Assembly (NCBI GenBank): GCA_021613535.1
Contig: CP075495.1
Span: 6,448,001-6,512,000 of the forward strand
Source: Adineta vaga
Taxonomy: Eukaryota > Animalia > Rotifera
Length of the DNA: 64,000 nucleotides
Reading direction: 5' to 3'
Both the position numbers and the translations under genes were made by a program. A model generated the notes under the pieces. That model had not been told where the DNA came from and ran no database searches. It saw nothing but the letters and a program-made list of their open reading frames with translations. This document shows positions 1 through 13,100 of this stretch, piece after piece (positions within the stretch are counted from its first letter, which is position 1; the number at the start of each line of letters is the position of its first letter).

Positions 1-78
1 ACGTGAAGAATTCTATCGTATTTTGTTTATTTGCTACTATAAGACGACAACAACAAAAAACATCTATATATCAAGAAT

Positions 79-963
79 CTAGAAATTCTTTTTCATCTGT
101 ACTTGTAAATATTCGAATGGCATGAATATTTGGTAATTGTTTACTAAGTGCATCAGATACTAAACGATGTTGATTAACAGTACGCATACTAGCAAATTCA
201 TCGGTGACAACAACGATTTCATAACTTGCACCACAACCAGCTAAAAAACAGAAATAAAATCACTGTCGTTTTTTTTGTACTATCATTGATTCATGTATTT
301 TAAAATATCTTTATTTTTATTCTTCAGTCTGAATGACAATCGCAATTATCATTAGTTCTAAATGAAGGAATGGATTAAATATATGTAATTGTCTGTTAAC
401 ATATGCAATCAGTTGGGAATAAATGAAGGTTTTTTTCTTCTTCATCGATGAATAATATGGTAACATCTATTCATCAATAGAATAGTTCTTTTTTCTGATG
501 AAAGACAGATCTCAAACTTGAATGAATACTATTCATACCAATTCTATTTCACTATACACTTATTGAATAGATTTTTTCCGATACACTGGTTCGGAAAACT
601 GATACAGTTGGATTAGTCGATTGCCAAAAGTAATTTCATTTCTAAAGGAAGTTTATATCGATGATTCAACTCTTACTAATTCTATTCCATATAGGCACTT
701 AATCTCGATATTGTTGTAGTATTTATCATTCGGATTTTAGTGAGTATGAAAGAATAATTATGGAAATCAATTTCATATTTACATGAAGTATCTTTTACAT
801 TAACAAGACGAGCATTTGGAAAACGATTTTTTAAAACATCATTTATTTGTCTTTCCCCATCTGTCTGTGATGATGTATTGACATTGGCATATCGTAAGAA
901 ATTCAAAGTCTTTTGATTTGTTATTAAATTCGAAAGACGAAAACGATTCATATACGATAACAT
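79..963 (-). CDS. BOLA3: BolA-like protein 3 (mitochondrial Fe-S cluster factor), 2 exons (963-784, 240-79)
   Basis: Spliced translation ...VNVKDTS|SGCGASYEIVVVTDEFASMRTVNQHRLVSDALSKQLPNIHAIRIFT matches BolA motifs (GCG, QHRLV, IHA). The N-terminus is basic and presequence-like. GT-AG intron at 783-241. Confidence 0.9.
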
Positions 964-1349
964 GATCTACAATGTAATATATTTATATATATATATATGT
1001 ATAAGATAGAAATATTTTTATATTTATTTAGCTCTTTCAAAATCCAGAAAACAAACGCAAAGGTACATGTTAACGCTAAATATATGTATAAATAAAGAAG
1101 GCTGATCAACAAGCAGAGAAGAAAAAAAAAATTAAACAACGATTTTCGTCCTTTCATTGTTGTTCTCTTTCTATACAAAATTACATAGACGCACGAAAAA
1201 TAAACTTTCTTTTATGGAAATATGAACACAAAAATCGAGATAAGAAGAAACAAAACAAATTTCAATTAAAGTTTATATGAGATATTTGGCTTGTATTTTC
1301 TTCTCTATGTTGCTAGTTACTATTTAATAAAGTATTAGAGATAGAAAGA

Positions 1350-3909
1350 TCATAATTTAGTCACTTGAACTAATGGATTGGCTGAAGATTGATTTGAATG
1401 AGTAGAATTGATGTTCGAATGAAGATGAATTTTATTCGATAATCTTCCAAAACGTAAGTCAACACATAAGTCTTCAATACGTTCATTTTCATTTTCAATA
1501 TTACGTTTAATTGCTTCGATTTTTGTCTAAAGAAGAGAACAATATTTTTTTAGTCAAAATATTATCATTTTAGATTTTCTGTCATACCTCTAGTTGATTA
1601 TTCAGTTTAATTGTATTTAATAATTCTTGTAAAATATCTACAGTTTGATTAGATGCTATTTCATTATCCGTTGTTGTTGTTGTTGTTGTTGTCATGACTG
1701 GAGTTATATTTGATAAATCTAATGGTTTTTCATTCATTTGATGTTCTAATTTTGTTAGATTTTCTTTTTCATTCATAAATGAATTGTAAATTGTTTTCAC
1801 TATGAAATAGAATACTTTTTATATATAAAGAAAAACGAATATTCTTACATTGAGCAATAAGACGGGCTTCAATGATTTTTTCTCTTAATAATTCTTCTTC
1901 TGAAATACTATTATTACTATCAATTGCTCGTTGTATTTGAGCAAGTAGTTCATCATCATCGGTTTCGACACCACTTCGTTCACGTTGCCGGATCGGTCTT
2001 GGACTCATTGGACCTGACGTTGTTTTCGATACTTCATCTATAGAACCAGGTGTTTGTTGATTTTTCGATGTTTCTTCACGTTTATTAACAATTAAAATAA
2101 CTTCCGATTGATTTGATGATGGCGCTAACACAAAAGAATAGGAAAAAAAGACGTGTGTCTTTAATATTTTTATGACGATGAATAAATAGTTACTTGATTG
2201 AGAAACGGATGCACCAGCCGTTGTTGATCCTGAATGTTCAAGAAAGGATGATAAACGGTTTTGTTGTAAACGACGAGTTTCTTGTTTAATCTAGATAGAC
2301 AGAGATTTATAGCAAAGTCGAAAAGAAAAAGGAAAATTACTTTTCGTTTCAATGCTGTTACAAGTCGTTGTTGAGCCCATAATTGTTCTTCTTTATCTTT
2401 ATCAACATTTGTTGGTGTTGTTGTACCATATGTTGATGAGACTGGTTGAGATTGTTGCATTTCTTCATGCATTTTGTTTAGTAATGCTTCTTGTTTATTC
2501 AATTCAGCTTCTAATTCTCTATATAAATCAAACAAATCATGACGGTAATAAGGAATAATCATTTTCTTCTGTTAATACACTTACTCAATTGTTTCCGAAT
2601 GAAGTGAAGAACGTGACACATTCTTTATCAGTGAAACTCTACACAAAGAAATATATTTGTATTTTGCTTATAGAATTGAAATTCCTATTGAACATACCGT
2701 GATGCTGATGATGTTCGTGGTCGTTCAAAAATATCTGTTGCATGTTGAATTAAATATTTAACTGTACGTTCTTTACTTTTAATCAATGTTGCTATTGAAA
2801 CAGGTATAAATGATGAGTCATTATTTTTCGATGATGGAGTTTGTGATGGTGACATTGTATTGGATTGATGAATAATATCATGAAGATGAAGAAATAATAA
2901 ACGAATAGTATCTCGATGTGATTTTGGAATTTTTTGAATGAGATTACGAATTTCAACAAATCGAGTAGATTCAGCATCTTAAGGGAAGAGAGTAGAAGAT
3001 TTTTCATAGAAAAAAATCACGAAAATGTAAAGTAAATAGATATTTTACTTGGATCATTCATTATTTTAAATATTCCACTACTTTGTTCGGGTGGAATTAA
3101 TTGTTCGGGCAATTCTTTGAGAAAACGTTTGAGTAAACTAACAGCAAATGCTGGTGTTAAATGTTGTTTTAAGGCATTTTCAAGATCAGCTGGTTGTTTT
3201 ATTTTCACTGGTTCTTGTCGATAAACATTATCATGAGCATGAGCTTTGAACAAAGAAAAAAAATCGAAAAATTGACGAAAAAACTAAACGTCAAGATAGT
3301 ACCTTGCTCTATAATAGTGATACAATCAACCAAAAAACGTGGTACAGCAAGATCATCGTTTGGTAGAGGATTATGTTTAATAGCTTCATCTAATGTTAAA
3401 CCAATTATACGACGAAGTTGTTCGACTAAACCTATCCAAAGGATCCAAAGTCTTTTTTTCTTTATTTGTTAAACAAAACAAACCTGCTGTACTAGCAATA
3501 CTATCACGATTTGCTTTGGATTTTCGTTTTTCATCTTTCAAACCTAAATAAATATGTTCATAAAACAAATTTTGCCTTTCATATATGTTTTACTTGATCG
3601 TCTTTCTTTTTGTTCGGATGAAACTTTTGTTTTGGTTTTAATTAATTTGAAACCATTCTTTTTCTTTGGTCTCAATAAACTTTTAAAATCTTGTGCAGTT
3701 GTTAATGCTTCTTCACTCGTTTCCGTTCCAATTAATAATGTACTACTTTTTTCTTTCGATACGATCGATTTTGTTGAAAATAATTTACGCTTTCGATCGC
3801 GCTCTTCATCACCTAAAACACAAATTTCTCTTCTCAATTGTCAAAGAAATGAATTTCAACAATAATAGAAACCTTCAATTGGATCACGATCATCTGGTAA
3901 TGTAGTCAT
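1350..3909 (-). CDS. RALBP1: RalA-binding protein 1 (RLIP76): RhoGAP domain plus Ral-binding coiled coil, multi-exon
   Basis: RhoGAP motifs IIGLTLDEAI...VPRFLVDCITIIEQ, VYRQ and AVSLLKRFLKELPEQLIP. The segment ELNKQEALLNKMHEE...KEEQLWAQQRLVTALKRK resembles RALBP1 EERLWEVQRILTALKRK. C-terminal coil IENENERIEDLCVDLR. Confidence 0.85.
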
Positions 3910-4447
3910 AAGTGAGTAATTGACAAATCTGAAATGTAAATTAATTTCAATAAGAAATGAAATCTCTTTTTTCAATTAGTAAGTTAGAAAGGGAGAGAGA
4001 GAGATAGCGTTACATTCCAAGTAAATACAAAGTTTGTTATTATTATGAGTAGCCAATCAAATCGAATGTCACTAGTGACGTAAAATTCAGAAAATTTCCT
4101 TTCACTTTTTATATTATTAATTTCATAGAAAATAATTTTCAAATCTCTTTTTTCACAAATAATCGTCTGTAAAAAAAGGACAACATGGATGAATGATTGA
4201 ATTTTGATTGGTTCATTCAATATTGGTTACTTGTTGTACTACTGCTTTTGATTTCCATGTTTTTTTTTTCGTTAAATTTTAACTTCATCGATGATGAAGA
4301 ACTACTCTTCCGTTTTATTGTAAATGAACAATTTGCGATTAAGAAAAAGTTTAAGATAGACGAAAATATTTTTCTTAAAAACAAAAATACTTCAATATGG
4401 ATAGTTTTTCTAGATTTCATTTTTATTAATTCTCTTGCAACAATAAA

Positions 4448-4976
4448 ATGGCAGCACGTGGTTCAGCACGTAATTCTCGTTTGAATAAAAAACCTAAAAA
4501 GACCAAATTACGTGGTATGTTAGTTTGTTTAACTTTTTCAATTGATCTATGCGAAAAATTTCATAGGTAATGTTTCCCATGGTCATGGTCGTGTTGGTAA
4601 ACATCGTAAGCATCCAGGTGGTCGTGGTAATGCTGGTGGTCTTCATCATCACCGAACACTTTTTGACAAATATCACCCGGGTTATTTCGGTAAAGTTGGT
4701 CAACGTGAGTTTCACAAACTCAAAAATCGTCGTTGGTGTCCGACTGTGAATCTTGATCGTCTTTGGTCATTATTAACTCAACGTACCCAAGACAAATATT
4801 CGACAGGCGAAGCTGCTGTTACACCTGTTATTAATGTTGTACGATCAGGTTATTTCAAGGTGTTAGGTAAAGGTGTTCTACCTAAACAACCACTTATCGT
4901 GAAGGCAAAATTCTTCTCCAGAACAGCTGAAGAAAAAATCAAAGCTGCCGGCGGTGCTTGTGTATTAGTTGCATGA
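4448..4976 (+). CDS. RPL27A: 60S ribosomal protein L27a (uL15), 2 exons (4448-4514, 4567-4976)
   Basis: KLRG|[29 protein letters not shown]...[21 protein letters not shown] is the L27a signature. Intron gtatgt...catag. Confidence 0.97.
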
Positions 4977-6212
4977 GACATTTCAAGATCTTTTGTCTCG
5001 ATGAAAAGAAAAAAATAAATAAATAAATTATCATCATCGTTTTTCGTTTGGATTTCAATACGAATTACTTGTTTCCTTTTTTTATTAGTACATGAATATT
5101 GTATACGAAAAAGTTCCACTTAAATGAACTGACAATGAAGTATATAATCAACAACAAGTATGTGAATAAAAATAGAATGTTCAAGTTCTAGAGAATATTC
5201 CATTATATATCTTATTAAAGTCTTAAGATATAGGAAAAATATGAACACTTTTTCCATTATATTACATCTTCAATTTATTTGATTGAAATACGTTGATAAT
5301 CATCGTTGGTCTCGTTTCTATGCTCTTGTTAGAAATATATTAGTACAAGAAACTACATAATTTTTATTGTTTCATACATTCTTAATGTTTTGCCATTAAT
5401 AATTGAATAGATTAGAATAAAACGTTCATTTAGAAAGCTCTCAAAACTACTTTAAAATCTCAAAATATCAATTAGTTAACACATTGAATGACGAATAATA
5501 CTTGCATGAAACAATTGAAGAGCCATTCAAAAGACAAGAGTTTTACATAATCCAGACATAATCTTTTTCATCATTGAAGCCTCTTGCAATGAGAAACTAA
5601 CGTGAAATTTCTTTCAATACATTTAAGATTTTATTTCTTGTTTTAATAGATGAGTACACAAAGAAGAAGAAAAAAAAACACGACGATTGATAATAATTGT
5701 TAACATACTTAATATCAAAAAGAAGAAAACAACAAGAATAATTTTCACTAACTTAAACTAAAAAAGTTTAGTTTACTCCTTGATCTCGATAAAATCAATA
5801 ACAAAATCCATACATATATGTATATATGTAGACAATCGACAGCAAATGACTTTATCACACGAGTATTGTGTAAGAGAAGAAAATCAACTTACAGAGAAAA
5901 AGAGAGAGTATGTGTGTGTATGTATGTGGGAGATACAAAAACAGGAAAACAAAACACCGATCTATGAGAATAGAAGAATAAAATGAATTTTGGAAAGAAA
6001 TATAGTCTATGACAGAGGGATCAGTGTATGTAATCGAAAATAAAAACTCATTTACTATTCTTGAAGAGAAAAACAAATACGTGCGTTCGAGCAAATCATA
6101 CAAAAGACATTTAGACGCGTCCAAGCGTAATACAATGACAATAGCAATTAAATTGTCCAGGTGATAATTAGAGAGCAACAATGAAAACGACCTGAACTGA
6201 ATTTCAAATGAT

Positions 6213-7199
6213 TTATTCATTAGATATTTTATGACGTTTATTTGATGACGATATTTTCCCGTTAATATATCTTCCAACTAAACTTTTTGTTGGAGATTGT
6301 TGACTATAATTAGGTTTATCATTCATTTTTGTTGGTGGAACTTTTCGTTGTTCAGTTACAGCGATGATAATATCTCCACATTCTAATAGACGACATTTTA
6401 AACCACCTCGATGATACGTATGTTCAGGAGATATTGATGACCAACACGAATGTTGATGAACAAAAAAAGGCATTTCTGGTAAAACATGATAGGTTATCTA
6501 AATGACAAACGAAACTCTCTTAAATTATGTGCTTTGTGGAAAGAACCACTTACCGATTTTTCGACGTCATCAAGATAAAAACGTAATTCAGCTTTACCAG
6601 TTGATTTGTCTACTGAACCAATATATTCAACTCGTACTAATATACTAAATAGAATACAAAGTTTTAATGATGATAATAATGATCTTCAATTTAATAATGA
6701 AATGTACATTGTACTACCTTGAATATTGCTGACTTTGTTTCGCACTTGTTAGAAAATCATTTGTTGTTAATTTCTGAATGTTTTTTGGTTCACCTGAATC
6801 TAAATTTACTAATGTTTCATGATGAAATTTATTTAGAAAGATTTCGTCATCCATTTGTTGACATGAAGGTTTCGGTAGTAAACGAGGAGAATAATGATGA
6901 AATGATCCATTACGTGGATGATAATCAGTTGGCGAATTATCTGACAATTGATCATTGGGTAATGTTGGTCCAAAAAATCGTTGATAATTCAATGTACGAA
7001 GTAAGTCAATATAATTTAATGAAGCAGCAGTTGTAGACGCAAGATCAGGAAAGGAGAAGTAATAATTTGAATTAGGTCGATTTAAATTTCTAGCTGATGA
7101 ATTTGGATTTACGGCTAAATTTGGATTTGAACCTCCGCAAACATATCCGGACGATGTCAGTGCCATTTCATTTGTTGTGTTCATTGTAGACGGATACAT
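6213..7199 (-). CDS. ATXN1: Ataxin-1-like AXH-domain protein, 3 coding exons
   Basis: ETLVNLDSGEPKNIQKLTTNDFLTSA...VLPEMPFFVHQHSCWSSISPEHTYHRGGLKCRLLECGDIII follows the AXH pattern (GELKKVEDLKTEDFIQSA; EYPFFV..GWSS..PERT...LPC..L.VGDVCI). Confidence 0.85.
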
Positions 7200-8401
7200 T
7201 TATTTTGACTTATCTAATAATTACACCGTATTGTTTATTCCACGTAATACTAAAAAAAGAAGAGAAAAACATATATCTTTTCTAGTTAAAGAAATAAAAT
7301 CTCTTTAAACAAAAGAAAAAAAAGTCTTGAGAGCCTCCATAATATACTCTTCTTCTTCAGTTAATGACTGCTTATGTTGATTGTAGACAGATAGTCAACG
7401 AAAAAGGGATCCTCTTGAAGACGGAGACAAGAAGGAAAAAAGAGAATAAGAAAGAAAAAAAAAGACATGCGTTCTGCTATATTTATATAGCGATGACTCT
7501 TATAAAAAAAACAACGAGCATATACATACAAAAACATGCACGATCAACAGAGCGTTTTTCTAATCTCGATCAAAGAAAGCAAAGATTATTAAAATTTCAT
7601 CATTTTCGATTGATGTTGAATAACAAGTGTTACTCATTGCAAAGATAAAATTTCGAAAAATCCAACGAAAATAAACTTCTCGTATGATGAAAGTACGCAG
7701 AAAGAAAACCGACCATTGTCAATTTTCTTTTTCTTATTGACTTAAGATCAATTGACTGACAAGTATATATTTAGCATTTTACCCTGGATTCTTTTTCCCA
7801 AAGAGGCAAAAAAAGTAAATAGGGAATCGACTGCCTAATCTTTCACTTAATATGCACATGTATACATACGTACATACGTGTGCGTATATATATATATAAT
7901 ACTAACAGCATCAACATTATTTATCAATTCTCTAATCTTGCAACCCACTTACCTTAGATTCTTTGACATTTGCTTGCTACTTGTAATGCTGACGATGGCA
8001 ATTCGTAACTACAGAGAAAAAAAGAGGAAAAGGCCGCCGATGTTGTCGTCGTTACAACTATCTGCCCTTTTATTTTCTTTTTTCTTCTCCTCTTTCTTTT
8101 TTTTTCTTGTCGTATTATTTTACGAAACCAGAAAAAGAACTGATGTACGCACACATTTTACCCTCCAATTTTTCTCTTCGCCTAGTGTAATGTATTCGCC
8201 CATCTGTAGCCTAAAGATACTCGTTAGTTCGAAGAGAAAATGAAAAGAAAAGAAAAGGTAAAAAAAAGAAAGGAAAATATCAGCTGCAAAACATATGAGT
8301 ACAATATATGTAGAGAAAGAGAGATAGAGAGAAAACAAACTTTGTAAGATTTATTTTAAAGTAGAGAAACATCAAAAAAAAGAGAACAGAAATATATTTT
8401 A

Positions 8402-11400
8402 TTAAGGTAAAAGTTCAGTAGCATCATCGTTGTCATCGAATAGAGCTTTATTCAATTCTTTTCGTCGTATAGCTGTTTTCGGTCGTTCATCTGTCATATC
8501 TTGAGAAAATTGATCAACAAATGGTTGAATAGAAATAGGTTCTAGAAAATTTAATAAGATAAATATACTCAATTCTTAGATAATTTCAATACCTTGTTGA
8601 GAAAATACACCTTCGGTATTACTCAAATCAATCGGTGTTCGTTTGCGACCACTTGTTTGACGATAATCATCATTTTTAAAATGAGATACTAAAATTAATT
8701 AAATAAATGGAAAACAAATGCCAATAATCATCAAACGTTCGTTTTATACCATCATGATCAGCATGGGAAACTTTTCGACCTTGGACAATACTACGACTTT
8801 TATCTGCACTTGTTTGTCGCTAAATAGAGAAGATGTTTTTTTCTCCTAATTTAATTATTTCACAAGATAAGATAATACTTGAAGTTTGATTTCGTTCATT
8901 TTATTTGCTTTTTTCAATTCGTTTTCATAAGTTTCACGTTCAGGAAGACCAAGATCAGTTGAAATTTTTACCAGAAATTTTATACCTAGAAGATCATAGT
9001 CTAAGCATATATCTTTTTCCAACTAACCCTCGACTAGAAAAACAATCTATTCTTATCATTGCTTTAGATAAAATAAAAAAGAAAGCCTATTTTAATGTTT
9101 CATTTATTCTCACGAAGGCCATACGTCTTTTTCTGAAAAACTAGAAGAATGCTTTTTTATATATGAAAAATTTCGAATATCAAATGATCTTATCATAGAC
9201 ACTATCAGGAGTATAATTATAATCTAGTTTACTAGACAGATTTGTCACCTTATTCTATCAAATATAGCTAATTGAATTTATCAAGAAACAAAATTCTTTC
9301 TTATATGTTCATACCTGGAATATTCACAGAACTATTATCACATTTACGTTGGCCTGATTTAGAAGTACTTTAACCCTTTGACGACCGGAAACGCATATAT
9401 GCGTCTATATTGATTGCTTCAAAAATAAGTAAATATAAATGGATTCAATATTCAACACTCTTCTCTATGCGTAAAGTCATGTACAATGCAACAAATCTAT
9501 GTTGTTGAACTACACTCTTTACGAAATAATGTACTGAGACCCAATTGAATAATTTAATTTTGTTATGTTTGATGCGTTATGATTTTTAGAAAAAAAATAA
9601 TCCAGTCTTCAAAGGGTTAAAAAAACGTCATCTCAGTTCAGTAGAATACATTAGAAATTAATGTTTCCTTAAAAATATGAATGTTTCTTTTAGAAAAAAG
9701 TATTAATTAATTTACGGTAAGAGTCTTTGTTTCGAAAATAACTCTGTTTTATAATAAATTATATAAAGTCATACATGACTGAAGTCTATTTTCTTATTTT
9801 AACAATGATGAAACTCAATTGGTAGATAGAAATAGTATAAACGTTCTTACAATCGATGTCTTCAGGAAAATGTATATGAATCCATTTATATTTTTCTAAA
9901 GCAGCTGTATAATCTCCTGTACGACGATAACAAGAAGCAACCATTAAATGCCATTTGATTTCTCCCGGTCTGAAAGAAAAGTTATTACTTTTTTTATTCA
10001 ATAAAATGATTCGAGATTTTCGTTACTTGACCAATGCTGCTTGTGCACAGAATTCAACTGCTTTTTCAGGATATTGTGTTTCAATGTAATAAGATGCGAG
10101 CCATTCTAGTGTTTGAATATCGCACGGATTATGTCGAAAAGCCTTTTCATTGATGCAAAAAAAAAATACTCAAATTAATAATAAAATACAAAATGAAAAT
10201 AACGTACATCGAAATAATATTGTATCGCATCTGATTTATCTCCTTGCATATCTACAATTTCACCTATTCGTCGATGTAAATGACCATCGGTTCGATATTT
10301 GCTCAAAGCTTGTAAATACCTAATACGAAGATTTTCAAGTTTACCAATGAAGAAAACGTTTATTTTCTATCTAAGTTCACTCACCAACTTTTAGCATGTT
10401 CACTATCATTTGTTTGTTGTAAAACATCTCCCATAAGACAAAATACTTGAGCATTCGCTGGTTGAATTGTTTCATATTTATGAAGAAGATCTTTAACACG
10501 TTGATATTGATTTGATTTCATTAATGTTAAAACTACACACAAGATAAAGATTGTTATATCATTGATGATGAATATAAAGACATACCAAGATTATGGAGAG
10601 CTTCAACAGAACCTGCGTCGATATTTAATGCTTCTTCATAGTAATATCGTGCTTTATCATAATCTTGTTGAGCAAAACAACAATTGCCTTTATTCGTCAA
10701 TGCTATAAATAAGAAGATGAAAAAGATGATAAAATAATGAAAATTTATATCGTATACAAGCTGGATTGAATTTATCAGTTTTTAAAGCTAAATCAGCGTA
10801 TTTATGTGCATTGTTCAGATCTTTTTCCTATTCAAACAAGAAGTATATTTTATTAAATATATATGTACGATAGAATCATTTTTCTTACCAAAAAGTATAA
10901 AAATGACAAGTTTGTAGCCGCTAAAAATTCAACACAAATCATTTAAATTCAATTCTAAATAAATTTTACATACCTGCGCTAGCTAATTTTGCTTCAGCTT
11001 TTTCAAATTCTTTCAAGGTTGATATAGCCTAAAATAATCATTGGTATTCGAATCTGACTATTAAGATAATTTACCTTTGAAAAATTGTTTTCTCGTAAAT
11101 AAGCAATTGCTTTTTGAATTTCCAGACCACTTGCTAATTCGAGATAGGAAGAATTACGTACTTGCTCAATACACCATTCATATCCTCCAACAAAATCTCC
11201 GTCAGAATTATTTCCAACTATTTTCGCAGCAGTGACAATGACGTGTTCAGCAAAACGACGACTAAAGTATTTAAAGATCGATTCTATGATGTTCGAAAAA
11301 ACAAGTTCGTACCGTTTTCGTTCAAATTGTCTCAATCGATCATCTCGTGTAGCTTCGAGAACTAAATTTGCTTGTTTATCATCCTTATCAACCTAAAAAT

Positions 11401-12984
11401 AAAATATTTATCAACATACTAAATAAATCTATGCTTTTAGATTCTTACCGTTGATTGATAATCTTCATCCGAACTTAGAAAAGGTATTTTCAATAAATCA
11501 GTGAATACACGTCGAGTTTTATCTCGTTGTGATAATGCATGATAACAAAGAAGAAGATTTAAACCGCTACGATAATTTGGTCGTTCTTGCATAATCGATT
11601 CATAAGCTTGAGCTGCTTCAGCATATTGACCCATAAGAATATGTGTTGCGGCAATATTTTCACGAACTTTAAATCTACATTTGACTACAATAGATTATGA
11701 TCAAATTAAATTCATTAGTTTACTTCAAATCAGCATTTTGTTCAGGAATTTGATCAAGTGCCATACGATACATTTTTAATGCTTTCGCATATTGTTTCGA
11801 ATGTAAATAAACATTACCAATATTGATTCGTCTAAGAGATATGATTGAAAGTATAACAGTTTTCTTCGAAATAATCATTTTACATACAATCGACTGGGAA
11901 TCGGTAAAAGTTTGTTTTTCAATAATGTATTATATTGATTCAATGCTTCAGAATTCATACCACATTTCGAATACATATTAGCACAATGAAGAACAACCTT
12001 AAAATGAAAATATATATTGAGTTATTTCAAATTTTAACAAATAAAGAAAGAAAAAGTTAATACGTACAAAACCAGCAAGACTCATATCTGCTTCGCCAAG
12101 ATTTTGTTCTTCGCGGTAACGAGTAAGATTCTTTTCACTTCGCATTGCTTCTTCCGCTTTTTCCAATGCCTAATAAAAAAAAATATCCCAAAATATATTT
12201 GAGAAAAAACTATATTCTTACTAATTTCGTATCATTTTTCTCATTTGCTAAACAACTTTCTCCAACAAGATCGATAACCGTTTTTTCCATCTTTCTCACT
12301 TTATCTTCACTTCTGAAATATTCAAACTAGCCAATAATGTATTTGTTTTCAAATTAAAATTCGTACGTTTCTTCTTTCTTTTCAAATTGTGTTGGTCCTG
12401 ATGCGGTTGTAGCACCACCACTCGAACCACTAGCCATGAATCCTGCACCTTGTACTGCAGTTGTTGGTCGCTTTTGTCCTACTGCACCTGTTTGAAGACG
12501 ACGGGTTGCTGTACCAGGTGGAGCACCCAACAGGCTATTCTGCTGAGCTGCACGTGATGCAGTTCCCAATCGTCCTGAAGATGTACCTGGTGGTGGACCT
12601 GCATTCTTCTGTCGACTGAAAACATTTTTCATTTTCGAGAAAAATCCACCCTAAAACATAGCCATATAGATTTAAATTCGATAATAGAAAAACTATTTAA
12701 CCTTTTGAGTAGCAGTACCAGGCTGACCAGTCTAATAAAAAGCAAATATTTTCTTCAATGATTTTTGAATAGACAAAGAAAAAAAATGAACTTACAGGAG
12801 GAGCCCGGCGACCATGACTGGTTTTCAATACTGCTTGTTGTAGATCATTATCATATTTTAAACTCTGCCATAACAAATACGAGAATTTTTATTTAACTAT
12901 TGTCAATACGATTGAACTTACATCAGTATCTAATAAAGGATTGTATTCATTAAAACCAGAATACGAGTCAGGTTTATCAGCCAT
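8402..12984 (-). CDS. IFT88: Intraflagellar transport protein 88 (TPR repeats), many short exons
   Basis: N-terminus YSGFNEYN, TSHGRRAP, RPTTAVQGAGF. TPR segment EIKWHLMVASCYRRTGDYTAALEKYK..H..FPEDIDC. C-terminus ERPKTA...ELLP*. Confidence 0.95.
9374..9616. mobile_element. piggyBac-type MITE (243 bp) in an IFT88 intron
   Basis: TTAA at 9370-9373 and 9617-9620. Left end CCCTTTGACGACCGGA versus reverse complement of right end CCCTTTGAAGACTGGA (14/16 match). No ORF inside. Confidence 0.8.
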
Positions 12985-13100
12985 GTTTTTTTTATCTGAA
13001 AAAAAATAAGATCCAGATATTTCTTCAAAATTTTTTCTTTTTGATTATATATTGAAATATATAGTATGGATTTAACGATAGAATATCTACAGATATATTT

